Origin: the human T2T-CHM13v2.0 reference genome, Homo sapiens
Length of the DNA: 64,000 nt
Reading direction: 5' to 3' (one strand)
NCBI RefSeq assembly: GCF_009914755.1
Contig: NC_060947.1
The position numbers and the translations under genes are program-made. A model generated the notes under the pieces. It saw only the letters and a list, made by a program, of their open reading frames with translations. It had not been told where the DNA came from and made no database searches. The first letter of the stretch is position 1. Each line of letters starts with the position of its first letter. Below are positions 16,761 to 30,242 of this stretch, piece by piece.

Positions 16761-18726
16761 CTGCCATGTAAGATGTGCCTTGCTTCTCCTTTGCCTTCTG
16801 CCATGATGGTAAGTTTCCTGAAGTCTCTCCATCCATGTGGAACTGTGAGTCAATTAAACCTCTTTTCTTTATAAATTACTCAGTCTTAGGAAGTTCTTTA
16901 TAGCAGTGTGAAAATGGACTAATACAGAAAACTGGTACTGAATGAAGTGGAGGTTTGCTATAAAGATACCTGAAAATGTGGAAACAACTTTGGAACTGGA
17001 TAAGGGGAAGAGGCTGGAAGAATTTGGAGGGCTCAGAAGAAGACAGGAAGATGAGGTAAAATCTGGGGCTTCCTAGAGACTTGTTGAATGGTTGTGACCA
17101 AATTGCTGATAGTGATAAGGACAATGAAGTCCAGGCTGAGGTGGTCTCAGATGGAGATGAGAAACTTCTTGGGAACTGGAGTAAAGGTCACTCTTGCTAT
17201 GCTTTAGCTAAGAGACTGAAAGCATTGTGCCCCTGTCCTAGAAAGTTGTGGACCTTTGAACTTAAAAGAGATTATTTAGGGTATCTGGTGTAAGAAATTT
17301 CTAAGCAGCAAAGCATTCAAGATGTGACATGACTTTTTCTAAAAGTGTATGCTCATATGCATGAAGAAAGAGATGGTCTGAAATTGGAATTTGTGATTAA
17401 AAGCGAAGTAGAGCATAAAAATTTGTAAAATTTGCAGCCTGACCATGAGGTAGAAAAGAAACACCCATTTTCTGTGGAGAAATTCAAATCGGCTACAGAA
17501 ATTTGCATGAGTAACAAGGAGCCCAATGTTAATAGCCAAGACAATGGAGAAAATATCTCCAGGGCATTTCAGAGATCTTTGCCCCAGCCCCTCCCATCAC
17601 AGACCTGGAGGCATAGGAGGGAAAAATGGTTCCGTGGGGTGGGCCTAAGGTCCTGCTGCTGCTCTGTGCAGCCTCAGGATTTGGTGCCCTGTGTCCATGC
17701 CACTCCAGTTCCAGCCATGGCTAAAAGGAACCAAGGCACTGCTTGGGCTGTTCCTTCAGAGAGTGCAAGCCCCAAGCATTGGCAGCTTCCACATGGTGTT
17801 GGGTCTACAGATGTGCAGAAGGCAAGAGTTAAGGTTTCAGAACTTCTGCCTAGATTTCAGAGGATGTATGGAAATGCCTGGATGTCCAGGCAGAAGTCTG
17901 CTACAGGGCAGAGCCCTCATGAAGAATCTCTACTAGGGCAATGCAGAGGGAAAATGTGGAATTGGGACCCCCACACAGCATCCCCACTGGGACACTGCCT
18001 AGTGGAGCTGAGAGAAGAGGGCCACCATCCTCCAGAACCTGGAATAGGAGCTCCACCAACTGCTTGCACCATGAACCTGGAAAAGCCGCAGGCACTCAAT
18101 GCCAGCCCTTGAAAGCAACTGCTCAGGCTGTACCCTGCTGAGCCACTGGTAGAGCTGCCCAAGTTCTTGGGAGTCCACCCCTTGCATCAGCATACCCTGG
18201 ATGTGAGACATGGAGTCAAAGGAGAATATTTTAGAGCTTTAGGATTTAATGACTGCTCAGCTGGGTTTTGGACTTGCATGGGGCCTGTGGCCCCTTTGTT
18301 TCAGGCAATTTCTCCAATTTGGAGTGGGAACATTCAAGCCATGCCTGTTCCCCCATTGTATCTTGGAAGTAACTATATTGTTTTGATTTTACAGGCTTAT
18401 AGGTGAAAGGGACTTGCCTTGTCTGAGATGAGACTTTGGACTTGGACTTTAGAGTTAATGCTGGAATGAGTTAAGATTTTGGGGTACTGTTGGGAAGGCA
18501 TGATTGGTTTTCAGTGTGAAAAGGGCATGAGATTTGAGAAGGGCCAGGGGTATAATGATGTAGTTTGTCTCTGTGTCTCCAGCAAAGTGTCATCTTGAAT
18601 TGCAATCCCTATGTGTCAGAGAAGGGGCCTGGTGGGAGATGATTGGATCATGGGTACACATTTTGTCCTTGCTGTTCTTGTGGTAGCATGTGAGTTTTCA
18701 CAGGAGCTGATGGTTTTGAAGTATAG

Positions 18727-18758
<32 letters not shown>

Positions 18759-18927
18759 ATTTTGCCACCATGTAATATGTGCCTTGCTTCTCCTTCATCT
18801 TCTGCCATGATTGTGTTTCCTGAGGCCTCCTCAGCCATACAGAGCTGTGATTCAATTAAACCCCTTTTCTTTAAAATTACCCAGTCTCAAGTAGTTCTTT
18901 ATAGCAGTATGAAAATGAACTAATAGT
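16556..18927 (+). mobile_element. Full-length MaLR element (THE1D/MSTA type): LTR 16556-16926, internal 16927-18555, LTR 18556-18927
   Basis: Two homologous LTRs (t[t/g]at[a/g]t[g/a]gtttg…ctaata), an internal region starting gaaaactggtac, a purine-rich tract before the 3' LTR, and a degenerate 5-bp TSD atagt/ctagt. Confidence 0.93.
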
Positions 18928-19282
18928 CTAGTTCAAGTTCTGTTAGAGATACTTATTGAGATAATAAATTTATAGAGAGTGATTTATATAACCTTAGGTT
19001 TATTCATAATAAGCTCATTCCTTTCTGAAGGTGACATCTGTTGAAGTTTATGATCTCAATTTCCCAAATATCCTTCTTGAGTATCCTATTTGAGATAGAA
19101 CCATACATTGTTCATTTCTAAAACAATGTTTTAGAAATGCATAACATTGTTTAAAAGAAATAAGTAAAATAAAGTTCTCTGTTTCTGTTTCTTTGGAATT
19201 TATAACAAAAACCATAATTTGCTTACCTTTTAGTTTTGTTCATTTGACTAGCAATGGACAATTTTTTAATAACTTACATTGT

Positions 19283-19525
19283 TTTATTTATTTATTTATT
19301 TTTTAATTTTTAAACACAGAGTCTCACTCTGTTGCCCAGGCTGCAGGGCAGTGGCATAGTCATAGCTCACTGCAGCCTTGAACTCCTAGACTCAAGTGAC
19401 TCTCCTGCCTCAGCCTCCAAATTAGCTAGCACTATGGGAATGTGACATCATGCATGGCTAAATTTTTTGTGTTGGTTTTTAGAGGTTTAGTCTCACTGTG
19501 TTGCCAAGGCTGGTCTCTGACTCCC
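19283..19525 (-). mobile_element. AluJ, 5'-truncated
   Basis: (ttta)n tail, then the right monomer and part of the left monomer. Confidence 0.85.
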
Positions 19526-21602
19526 CAAATTATTTTACATTTATTTTTATTAATTATCTGTCCCTTGCTTGAAACTCTTCTATGCCCTTTCATTGAAAGT
19601 AAAGTTAAAATTCCTTCACATAGAAAAAGTGTTTTTCTGATCTTCTTTATTGTAACTTTCTATCATCATCTCTGATAACTTCTTTAAATACAGTGTACTC
19701 TGTAACCTAAATAAACTTCTCTCTGTTCTTCATATATCTCTTACTCTTTCACACTTCCATGGCTTTTTGCATGCTCTTCACTCTGTTTTGTATGATTTAT
19801 GAAGGTAAGCAAAAGCTTATTATCAAATCGTATTATTTTTTGACATAAGTACTTCTGAGTTAGTATAGCAGAGCATTAATTACATACAATCATTTTTATT
19901 CTCTTTAAAGTAAAAGTAAAATATTGAATAGTGAGACCATTTTCCCCAATTTATTAGGAGTACCAAGTTCTTTCTACAAAATAAGTTGACCAATGATTAT
20001 CAACCACCAGCTCCATTTTCTACTCTTACAAATTCTTTGGTGCCATTACTTCTATGCCATTTTTTTTTTAATTCCAGAATGGTAGGATCAAGGAGGCCAG
20101 ATAAAGCCAGTGATATCTCATGTGATATTTGTGGCTTGTCAAATGTATGCAAAAACAAGAATTTCTATGAAGACATCTCCTTTAATTTGTGTATCTGAAA
20201 AAGGGCACTGCTAACCTTCTTAGACTCCTAAGAGTTTCTGCACATACTCTGCTACTCAGAAAATTGGACTGATAACTTAAGGCTGCTAAAAGTGCTCTGG
20301 AATATTTATTAATTTACTAGCAAATTCCCTATAGCCTGATTGCTTCCTATTTGAATTTGTTAATTTGAAACCTTGGTCACTTGTCTTTGCAGTATTCCAT
20401 GACGAAGTTAGGGAGAGCAGCTATAAGGCAAATCAAAACAAAAGATGGTGGGAGGTAAAGTGCCCCAAGTTGAAGCTTTATCATAGTATGGCAACAGTTT
20501 TGTGGAGTTATAGGAAGGGAAGGAAGAAGTTAATTGGCCATTTGTATTTGTCTAGACAGAATGAAAGTAGGTTGTATGAACTATTTCTGTTCACAGAATA
20601 GAAAGCTGAAAAATTATTTCTGAATTGTATCATGTATGTTGGATGACAAGATGACACACAAATAGGGAATAAATTAGCAAATTATTTGAAAGTCATTATA
20701 TATTTTCTTCCCTTAATATCTGCAATATCACTTAAATAAAAATAAAAACCTCAGTGAACAGAAAACTCAAGAGTTTGAAATTTAGCTCTGCTGGTCAGAC
20801 CGTATTTGGCTTGAGCTAAATCATGCATTAGACTCCACTTGGCTTTCTTTCTAGACTCAGAAATACCCTTCTCCCTTTCTATTGCTGAATGACCTAGTAT
20901 TCTCTTTCATTTAGCCCTATAACTTTACTAAAGTGCTTTCTCTTTTTTAATTGTTTATTTTCCTTTATGGATTTCATGGTTGTATGCTTTTGGTTTTATT
21001 ATTGTATGTCTTTTTACTTTAGGATTGTATACTCTCTCAGTTTTCTCCTATGTCCCATTTGCTGTTCACTTCAATTTATGCCTTTTAAGTGGACTTTCAA
21101 GGAATTTAATAATCACATGATAGATTAAATTAAATTTATATTTTTTCAAAATAGTCTTTAAATTTTAATTTATCTTATCAAATTTGCATTGATCATCAAC
21201 TAAATTTGAAACAAAGTTATCTAGTTATCTGCTCACAATGAACAAATTTATAATTTTTATATCATGCACATTATTTTAGAATAAGCAAGGAGATAGGACA
21301 GCCAATATATTGATGTTTCTTGATTAAAAGTTATGAATAGCTCTATTTGAAAAGCATTGTTTAATTTTATGTTTTTTTAGGCAGATGGGGTAGAAGTCAT
21401 AATTTCATTTTTGCAATGTCTCCTTCATTCAACTCATCCATTTAGTATTTACTCACCGTCTGTTACATGCCTGAAAATGAGAATTCAAAATTGTATATGA
21501 TATGATCCTTGCCTTCAAAGAACTGGTCCTCCAGATTGAGAGAATGTCTTAGTATGTTTTGTGCTGCTGTAACAGAATATGTGAGACCGGGTAATATATA
21601 AT

Positions 21603-23155
21603 TATAAACCAAAAGTAATATTCTAAGCCCCCCAGCCAATTGAATAGACTCCTCTCTTGGCCATGGGTATCCCAAGGAAATCTGAAAAACTATTTCAGGC
21701 CATGATGGGAAGCAGGGGTCAGGATGTGCCTCATTATACTTTCTTCCCTTTGCAGTTTAGACACATTGAACCCACATTAACATTAAAACAGAGATCTTAA
21801 GACTGACAAAACACACTGTAGCAATAAGATACCAACTCCAACCTGACTCTGGTATAGCATCACATTGTAACACCAAAGGTTCTTGCCTTAGCCACGCCAA
21901 AGTATTGGTGTGGTGGCAGCCTGTGGCAAGAGAGAGACACGGATCTGACAGAGAGAAAAAAAAACGGTAGGCTTTATTGAGCAGAGTGACAGTACAAAGC
22001 TTCCACAGCCTGGAAGGGGTCCCGAGCAGGTAGCCAGTGTTAGATTTTTCGATCACCTTTTCAACTCTTTAAGGCGGGAAATACGTGCAGTGGGAAGATG
22101 TTACCAGAGCGAGAAACAGAGACAATTAACATGTCTCAGATCTTGAGGAAAACCGGAATTGCAACTTAAGTTTTATCTACCTTATGACCTTGCAGCGGCA
22201 CGGCAAAGGAGACAGGATCTCACAGGATTTTATAAATTGTGTTACAAGGAACTGGAATTGGGAGCATAGATAAGGTCTGCTGGTCACAGAAAAATGGGCT
22301 TTTAACCTTCCTTTTAGTTTCAGGGGAAGGGGAAGGGAGAGAGGGAGAGAAGACACAGGGAAGCTTACAGCAAAATTTTTGCTGTTTATAGCTTTCTTTG
22401 GGAAGAAAACACATGCACAAATTCTGATGTTAGGAATATTTTAAGCATATATCTTCAATATTATTCATCCAGGACCAAAGTAAGTCCTGATGGAGGAAAT
22501 GAGTGAGTTTCACAGCTTTCTGAGCCCCTACTCGACCCAGGAAGCCCAGCTGGCACCTCCTCTCAACATGACGTAACATTTCCTGAAGGAAATCAAAGTA
22601 TTTTATCTCAAAATATATTTCTTTGGCATATTTTGAAATGGCCCTGCAAAGCTGTCTCTTATGGGGGAAATTTGCTCTCTGTAGAGAATCTCCTTCCATT
22701 ACTATGTCTTTTCAAGAGAGTCTGACAAGAGGACATCCACCATCTATTTTCTCTGGAGCCTGATATCTGGAGCCTTCATCTACATGATAAAAACCTTGGC
22801 TTCTACAACCCCCTTTATCTTGAATCAAGCTGAGTTCAACTCTTCAGGTGGTGCTCAACTCTTTCAATGAATTGTCAATCAGGAAATCTTTGAATCCACC
22901 AATGACCTGGAATTCCCCCACTTCAAGATGTCCCACCTTTCAGAGCCAAACCAATGTATACCTTATATGTATTAATTTATGTCTTTCCTGTAACATCTGT
23001 CTCCTCAAAATGTATAAAACGATGCTGTAACCCAACCACCTTGGGTGCATGTTCTCAGGACCACCTGAGGCTGTGACAGAGGCCATTGTCCTTAATCTTG
23101 GCAAAAGAAACCTCTAAACAAATTTAGACTTGTCTCAGATACCTTTTGGTTTATA
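21603..23155 (+). mobile_element. MER4-family ERV1 solo LTR (interrupted)
   Basis: Starts tataaaccaaaagtaatattctaagcccccc and ends ttttggtttata (inverted termini); 4-bp TSD taat (21599-21602 / 23156-23159). Confidence 0.85.
21866..22565 (-). mobile_element. ERV1 solo LTR, LTR30-like, 700 bp
   Basis: TG…CA termini and a perfect 4-bp TSD acat (21862-21865 / 22566-22569). The minus strand starts TGAGAGGAGGTGCCAGCTGGGCTTCCTGGGTCGAGTAGGGGCTCAG; the family name is from recall. Confidence 0.8.
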
Positions 23156-24025
23156 TAATGAACAGAAATATATTGGCTCACAGTTCTAGGGTCTTGTGGA
23201 TGGCCTCACTCCCACAGTTCTGCTGGGCATTGTTTTAGTGGAAGCTCTCTGTGGTGGCTCCACCACCATGACAAGTCTTTGCCTGAGTTCCCAAGATATT
23301 GGAGACATCCTTTGAAATCTGGGTGGAGAAAGCTATGCCCCACATTCCTTGCATTCTGTGTAATTGCAGAATTGGCACCATATGTAGGCTGCCAATGTTT
23401 CTAGCTTGTACTATCCAGTGTGTCAAATCAAGCCACCCTTGGACCCACATGAGCTATGGCTGCGTGGCTTAAGAGTGTTGCATTAGAATGTGTTTAGCAA
23501 AGACTTGAGGTGACCCTAAGCAGGGATTCCCAAAGTCCCAAGCATGCCCCAGGACTCTTTTGACATATTTCCTTCCTCCAGGTCTTCTTCCTCTGGCCTG
23601 TGATGGGAAGGGCAGCACCAGTAATTTCTAAAGTGCGTTTGGGGTCATTCTCCCATTGTACTGATGAATAACCTCTGGCTTTGTTCTATTTATACTAATA
23701 TTTGCAAACATTTTCTGGGCCACACCCTTGTTTTCCTCCCCTGAAAATGCTTTCATTCTCTAACACAGGGCCAGACTAAAAATCCTTCTAATCAATAAAT
23801 TCTGTTTCCTTTTAATTATAAATTCCATCTTTAAATCCTTTTTTCCTTCTCAAATTTTACTATAATCAGTTAAAAGAAGCCACACAGCAACCTGAATTCT
23901 TTGCTTTTTAGTTATTTTTTTTCACCAGATATTCTAGTTCATTGCTCTTAAATTTACCTTCCACAAAGCCCTTTGGCATGGATACAATTTGGCCACATTC
24001 TTTGCCACTTACAACAATGTTGGTC

Positions 24026-24392
24026 TGTCAGGCCTCTGAGCCCAAGCCTGCAGGTATACATCCAGATGGCCTGAAACAACTGAAGAATCACAAAAGAAGT
24101 GAAAATGGCCGGTTCCTGCCTTAACTGATGACATTACCTTGTGAAATTCCTTCTCCTGGCTCAGAAGCTCCCCTACTGAGCACCTTGTGAACCCCGCCCC
24201 TGCCCACCAGAGAACAACCCCCTTTGATTGTAATTTTCCACTACCTACCCAAATCCTATAAAATGGCCCTACCCCTATCTCCCTTTGCTGACTCTCTTTT
24301 TGGACTCAGCCCACCTGCACCCAGGTGATTAAAAAGCTTTATTGCTCACACAAAGCCTGTTTGGTGGTCTCTTCACACGGATGCACGTGACA
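24026..24392 (+). mobile_element. HERV-H LTR7-family solo LTR, 367 bp
   Basis: TGTCAGGCCTCTGAGCCCAAGC…GGTGGTCTCTTCACACGGATGCACGTGACA; perfect 5-bp TSD tggtc (24021-24025 / 24393-24397); TATAAAA at 24257; ATTAAA at 24328. Confidence 0.95.
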
Positions 24393-25291
24393 TGGTCTTT
24401 ACTCTATTTTCTAATATCTTGTTCCTCATTTCCTTCTGAGACCTCATCAGAATGTTCTTTACTATCCATACTTCTCTCAGCATCCTGATAATCACCACTT
24501 AAATAATCTCTAAAAGATTCAGAATTTTCTACAATTCTTTTCTTTTGAGCCCTCACCAAAATTTTCCTTAGCACTCTATTTATGGCAATCTAGGCTTTTT
24601 CTTCCCTTCACCTCCAAATTATTCCAGCCTCTACTAATTACCCAGTTCCAAATCTTCTTTTACATTTTCAGGTACTTGTTATTAACAATAGCCCCACTTC
24701 TCAGCAATAATTTTCTATCTTAGTTCGTTTTTACTTGTATATCAGAATATCACAGACTTGGTAATTTATGATGAGCAGAAATTTATTAGCTCACAGTTCT
24801 GGAAGCTTGGAAGTCCAAGATCAAGGGGATGGCAACTGTGAAGGCCTTCTTGCAGAGTCAGCAGGTGGCAAAAGGCAAGATAGCAAGAGAGGACAAGAGA
24901 GCAAACTTTTAGCCTCAAGTTCTTTTTATAATCAGTATTTTTCAATTCATGTGGGTGGAGCTTTCATGACCCAAACACCTCCCCTTAGGCCTCACTTCTG
25001 AACACTGTTGCTTTGGGGATTACATGTTGATCACATGCTTTTTGGGAGACATATTCAAACTGTTGCAGAGAGTGTCCCAATAAGTAAAGAGTTATGAGAT
25101 AATTTTATTTAAGTATCTCTGTATGTGAAGGAGAGGACTCCATGAGAAAGTTTGAAAGCTTCAAACCAAAGAAATAATCATGAGTTAGAAATAGCTATAG
25201 GTGTAGGGAGCCAAATGTGTTTACCATAGAAAGATGTGGCACACATCTCTGAGAGTATAATGAGTGCAAAATGGAGAGGCTGATGGGATAC

Positions 25292-25659
25292 TAATATTGT
25301 TTGGCTCTGTGTCCCCACCCAAATCTCATCTCGAATTGTAATCCTTACGTTTTCAGGGAGGGACCCGGCTGGAGATGATTAGATCATGGGAGTGGTTTCC
25401 CCCTTGCTCTTCTTGTAATAGTGAATGAGTTCTCATGGGATCTGATGGTTTTAAAGTGCTTGGCGGTTTCCCCTTCACTCCCTCTCTCCTGCCACCTTGT
25501 GAATACGTGCCTTGGTTCCCCTTCACTTTCTGCCATGATTGTAAGTTTCCTGAGGTCTCCTCATCCATGTGGAATTGTGAGTCAATTAAACCTCTTTTCT
25601 TTTTAAATTATCCAATCTCATGTAGTATCTTTATAGCAGTGTAAAAATAGACTAATACA
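25292..25659 (+). mobile_element. THE1D/MSTA-type solo LTR
   Basis: taatattgtttggctctgtgtccccacccaaatctc…gactaataca; TSD gatac/gacac. Confidence 0.9.
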
Positions 25660-25934
25660 GACACCTTCCAGAAGAAATTTGTAGGTCTTAATTGCAGATG
25701 TGTTTTATTATGAGGACAGGTCCAAAAAGAACATCATAGGGTATTACCTTCCCATTTTCATTTCATATTAATTTAAGCTGTTTATTTTGTTGTTGCTCAT
25801 GATACTTTCTCTTTGAAGTGTGCATAGGACTTTTGAGATCTTAAAAATTTGGTGATAAAAAACTGCTCTATTGAGAAATGAGTGAACACATTTAAATATG
25901 GGGCACAAAATGAATGCTATACAACAAGCTATAT

Positions 25935-26116
25935 GGCTCTGAGCACATTACTTTCTCCTTTCTGTGACTGAATTTTTTCATCTGTATAATGAAGATAATA
26001 AGTGTCAGCCTCATACATTTGTTATAAAACTTAAATGAGATTATGAATGTAAACAACTTAGCATAGTGTCTGGCATAGTAAGTATTCAATAATGGTCCAC
26101 TATTACTATTATTATT
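25935..26116 (+). mobile_element. MIR SINE
   Basis: ttttcatctgtataatgaagataata…ttaaatgagatt…cttagcatagtgtctggcatagtaagtattcaataa. Confidence 0.85.
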
Positions 26117-27929
26117 AGGAAAATCTGACTTAAAATTATGTAGTCATGGCATGAAGATTCTATATTACAATTGATCCATTCGAAAGGGGGTCTCTCTACA
26201 ACTTGACTTAGGAGGTTTAAAAATCAGTGTGAATAATTAATTAAAAGTGTGAATGATTGCAAAATTATGGTTACAAAGCAGCTTATTTTTCTCAAACTAA
26301 AAAATTCAAAATAATGTTATGTTTAGCTATGATAAACTCAATACATCTTTAAGCATCTATGTTTGAATGTAATATTATTTGATTTTTCTATGAGCATTAT
26401 AGAGAATGCGTTGGATTCATCATTCTTCTGCTACTGAGTGGTTTCTGTCTGCTGATTTTCAGATAGCACTTAATAACTCCCAATTAACCTTTTTATGTAT
26501 TTGAGGAAAATCAGGAGCAGGCAGCCATGTGGATATTCTTTAGTCTGCAGTGGGAATACTATGTGAAATGAAATACCAGGAATATCACAACCACAGAAAC
26601 AAGATGTTAAATGTGAATCTGAAGACAGGCACTACAACCATCATGCCAAAAAAAATATGCATCACATCTCACATTCAGATCCATCTTTTCAACCACATTT
26701 GTGTACAAAGGAAAGTAGCCCAATCAGCAGATATATTGTCAAATATGAAGAAAGACAACATATGTTTTGATCTCTTCTGTTGGTACATTCACTAGAGTTA
26801 TATTGTCTGGTGAATATCCAAATTGTGACTATTGATCGGGACATTTAGTTGCTGAACTTACAGCTGTTCTTCAGTTGGAGCACAGGAAGAGTTATTTATT
26901 TATTTGTTTGTTTTTTTGTAGAGTGCAGCTGGTACACTAGTGTCAAAATTACAAACTTCAAATTAGATAAATATTTGCTTTATGTTGTAATTTTTAGTGC
27001 TATGATTGCCATAATTTGTTGCTACTCAGACAGGCTGTGAAAAAGATGTGAGTCTTCACTACATAAAAAATATAATAAATTAACATAAACTACCATGTTA
27101 GAGAAGTAATAGCCCATATGTTTATGAATGCTAATGGTATACTTGGTTGGCATTCAGAAATGTTGTAATTAAACAAAGTTTCCATCTAATAATGAATATC
27201 ATCTCTCACTTTATAGTTCTTATGAGCTGAGGGACAGAAATATCCATTACCAAATGCTTACCTGTGAAAAACCTACCTGTTACAAAAATGTGGGTTCTAA
27301 TATAATGATTATGGTGTTATGTTAAACATATAAATCAGAAACACATTCGTGTGCAAAGCAGATTTCCTTTCTTGCTTTGAAATCAATGTTACACTGAAGA
27401 CATATCAGGTTCTCATTTCTATTCTATTGAATTTGTAAGATACAGGAGAATATAGTATTGTTACTCAATGGTTTCAGAATATATGCTCCTTAGCACACAG
27501 TTTTGGCCTCTGTGATAAATGCTTCTTTACATCTTCAGAAAATAATAATTGCTTTCACCTTAATTCCAATTTATAGGCTCATTGTGGTCCATGTCTGTAT
27601 TTTATTTTCTCTCACCCCTTCCCCCCTTGTCTAGCACGGTATATTTCCTTTAATAGACACTGAATATGTTTTTGTTAACCTGGAATATATACATATTTAT
27701 ACAAATATAAGTTATTATAGAGGGCAGACTCAAAAAAAGGTAAAACTTGATTCCTATTAAATCATTTTTCTTTATGAAAAGATAACCCAGGTCTCATTGG
27801 GTTAACACCTTAGTTTGATAAATGGAAGAAAAACATATCTGATTTTAGTGTAAGAATTATATAAAAAATTAGGGCAAACAAGTCAATAATATTTAATTCA
27901 TTTGAGATTATATTTAGGAGGAAAAAAGT

Positions 27930-28160
27930 AGATAACATTTACTAAACACACTATATGCTCAATAGTATACATTATCTTATTTGATCTTAACAACAACTAT
28001 ATGAGATAGGTACTCTTATTACTCTGATTTTGTAAATGAAGAAATCATGTCACAGGGGTGTTTGTGTGTGTGCATGAGGAGGAAGGTATCTGCCATAAAT
28101 GTTTTTCACGAGATTTCATCCAAGGAGTTCTAACTCCAGAGCTTGTACTCTTAACCCCTG
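27930..28160 (-). mobile_element. MIR SINE (degraded)
   Basis: atcttatttgatcttaacaacaactatatgagataggtact…attttgtaaatgaagaaa. Confidence 0.65.
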
Positions 28161-28452
28161 AGTGGTTAAAAAAGAGAAATTTTTTGAGGATTACTAGACA
28201 ATTGATATCTGAATAATTGTGAAGTATTACACTTAGAACAACATCCCTATCTCCATCAAATACCTTCCCCATTGTTTCATTTTAAACTATTTTTTTTTCT
28301 TACAGAGGCAGTGATGTAAAGATGTAGGATATTCTGTCACTTTCTCTTCCCTTTTATGGTCTGCTTTTTATCCATTTCTCTGCGTGTTTGCTTCTCCACC
28401 AGACAGTTAGGGATAGAAAAAGAAAGTGAAATTCCCTGGAACATGAATAAAG

Positions 28453-28911
28453 TGCTATTGTTGGAATATGGTTTGTCCCCACCATAACTCATGTTAAAAT
28501 TTTATCCCCAGTGTGTTGGTGTCGGGAGGTGGGGATTACTGGGAGGTGTTTGGGCCATGAGTGTGATCTCTCAAGAATGGATTGGTGCCCTTCCCATGGT
28601 AATGAATGAAATAATTCTAGGTCTTATGAAGCCAAATTAGTTCTTGTGGGAATAGAATAATTTTTGCAACAATGGTTGTTATAATGTCAGGGCAACCTTT
28701 GGGGTGCCCTTTTCGCATGAGTCTGTTACACCTTTGATCTCCTGCCATGTTGAAATGCAGCACAAAAACCCTCTTTAGAATCAGAGTAGATGCCTGTGCC
28801 ATGCCCCTTGAACATCCTGGCCCGCAGAACCATAAGCTAAATAAACCTGTTTTCTTTATAAATTATCCCAACTCAAATGTTCTGTTATAGCAACACAAAA
28901 AGATTAAGACA
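28453..28911 (+). mobile_element. MSTB-type MaLR solo LTR
   Basis: tgctattgttggaatatggtttgtcccc…aataaacctgttttctttataaattatccc…atagcaacacaaaaagattaagaca. Confidence 0.85.
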
Positions 28912-29931
28912 CAAGGTATCAGATTTATCTTGACATTAAAATCACCCTTCCACTCAATAACACAGATAATATAGAATTCACATTCCCTGGAGAAGCTGTC
29001 TGTGCATATGGGCCTAGTGATCACTGAGGTGGAGCAGAAACCTAGCTTCTCAGACATCACAAGATTCATAATGCAATGCAAGACTGTGGGCATCTCCTAC
29101 ACTAGCATCTGTGGCTATCAAGGACTTGGCCAGAAACACAATACTCCAAAGCTCAATGAAAATCATCATACTTTTTGGTACTGAGTCCATCTGATGTTCA
29201 CCCGACCTAGTCTGGAGGGCCAAGGGGGGCCTTCTCTAAGGAAAGGACATTTGAACAGAGATCTGAAAGCCTAGAAGAAGGTTGACTAAATGAAGCCAGT
29301 AGAAACATCTGTCATGGAGAGACAGAGGCATTAAGACTGGTGCGCTCAGAGTAGATCTTCAGACAGAAGGCATTGAGAGTGGAAAGAATGAGGACACAGA
29401 GGCAGGGCTGAAGAGAGAGGAAGATGGGAACTCAGCATGGGACTACTGCACATATGGACTTGTTCCTGCCCCCCACTGACTCCTAGGGAAGGAAATGATA
29501 CTAGTCGACTGAATCCACCTTATAAACCTCCAAGGGCATCAAAGAAGATAAATGCAAAAATATAAAAGCAATCCAAAGGATAGCAACTTCAAAGATTGGA
29601 GGATCATTACCCCTACAGATGAAAAAGAAACAGCACAAGAACTGTCACAAGTCAAAAAGACAGAATGTCTTCTCACCTCCAAACGACTGCACTAGTTCCA
29701 CAGCAATGGTTCTAAACCATGCTGACATGGCTAAAATGCTAAAAATAGAATTCAGGATATGGATAGGAATGAAGATCATTGAGATATAGGAGAAAATTGA
29801 AACCCAATACAAGGATTCTAAGGAACACAATAAAATGATACAGGAGATGAAAGATGAAATGGCCATTCAAAGAACCAAACCAATTTGACAGAGCTGAAAA
29901 ATTCTTCAAGAATGTCAGAATACAGTTGCAA

Positions 29932-30242
29932 TAGTTTACTGAGAATGATGATTTCCAATTTCATCCAACTATCGCAAGAACCAAAAACCAAACACCACAT
30001 ATTCTCACTCATAGGTGGGAATTGAACAATGAGAACACATGGACACAGGAAGGGGAACATCACACTCTGGGGACTGTTGTGGGGTGGGGGGAGGGGGGAG
30101 GGATAGCATTGGGAGATATACCTAATGCTAGATGACGAGTTAGTGGGTGCAGCGCACCAGCATGGCACATGTATACATATGTAACTAACCTGCACATTGT
30201 GCACATGTACCCTAAAACTTAAAGTATAATAATAATAAAAAA
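29932..30242 (+). mobile_element. Short young L1 (L1PA2/3-like) with a 36-bp 5' inversion
   Basis: Perfect 15-bp TSD agaatacagttgcaa (29917-29931 / 30243-30257); 29932-29967 is antisense L1; the 3'UTR has the GAG diagnostic (gatgacGAGttag). Confidence 0.93.

Larger units (their letters stand above)
21545..25067 (-). mobile_element. MST-type (MSTC-like) MaLR: 5' LTR 24716-25067, partial internal region, 3' LTR remnant 21545-21602 + 23156-23190; hosts three later LTR insertions
   Basis: Both LTR copies begin t[g/a]tcttagt…ggtaat[a/t]tat[a/g]atga[a/g]cagaaat on +. MaLR-internal text lies at 23190-24715. Degenerate TSD gagaa/gagag. Confidence 0.85.

Noticed and set aside
17432-18112. 226-aa ORF
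   Set aside because: It lies in the THE1/MST internal region and is a remnant of the MaLR internal frame with a non-ATG start.
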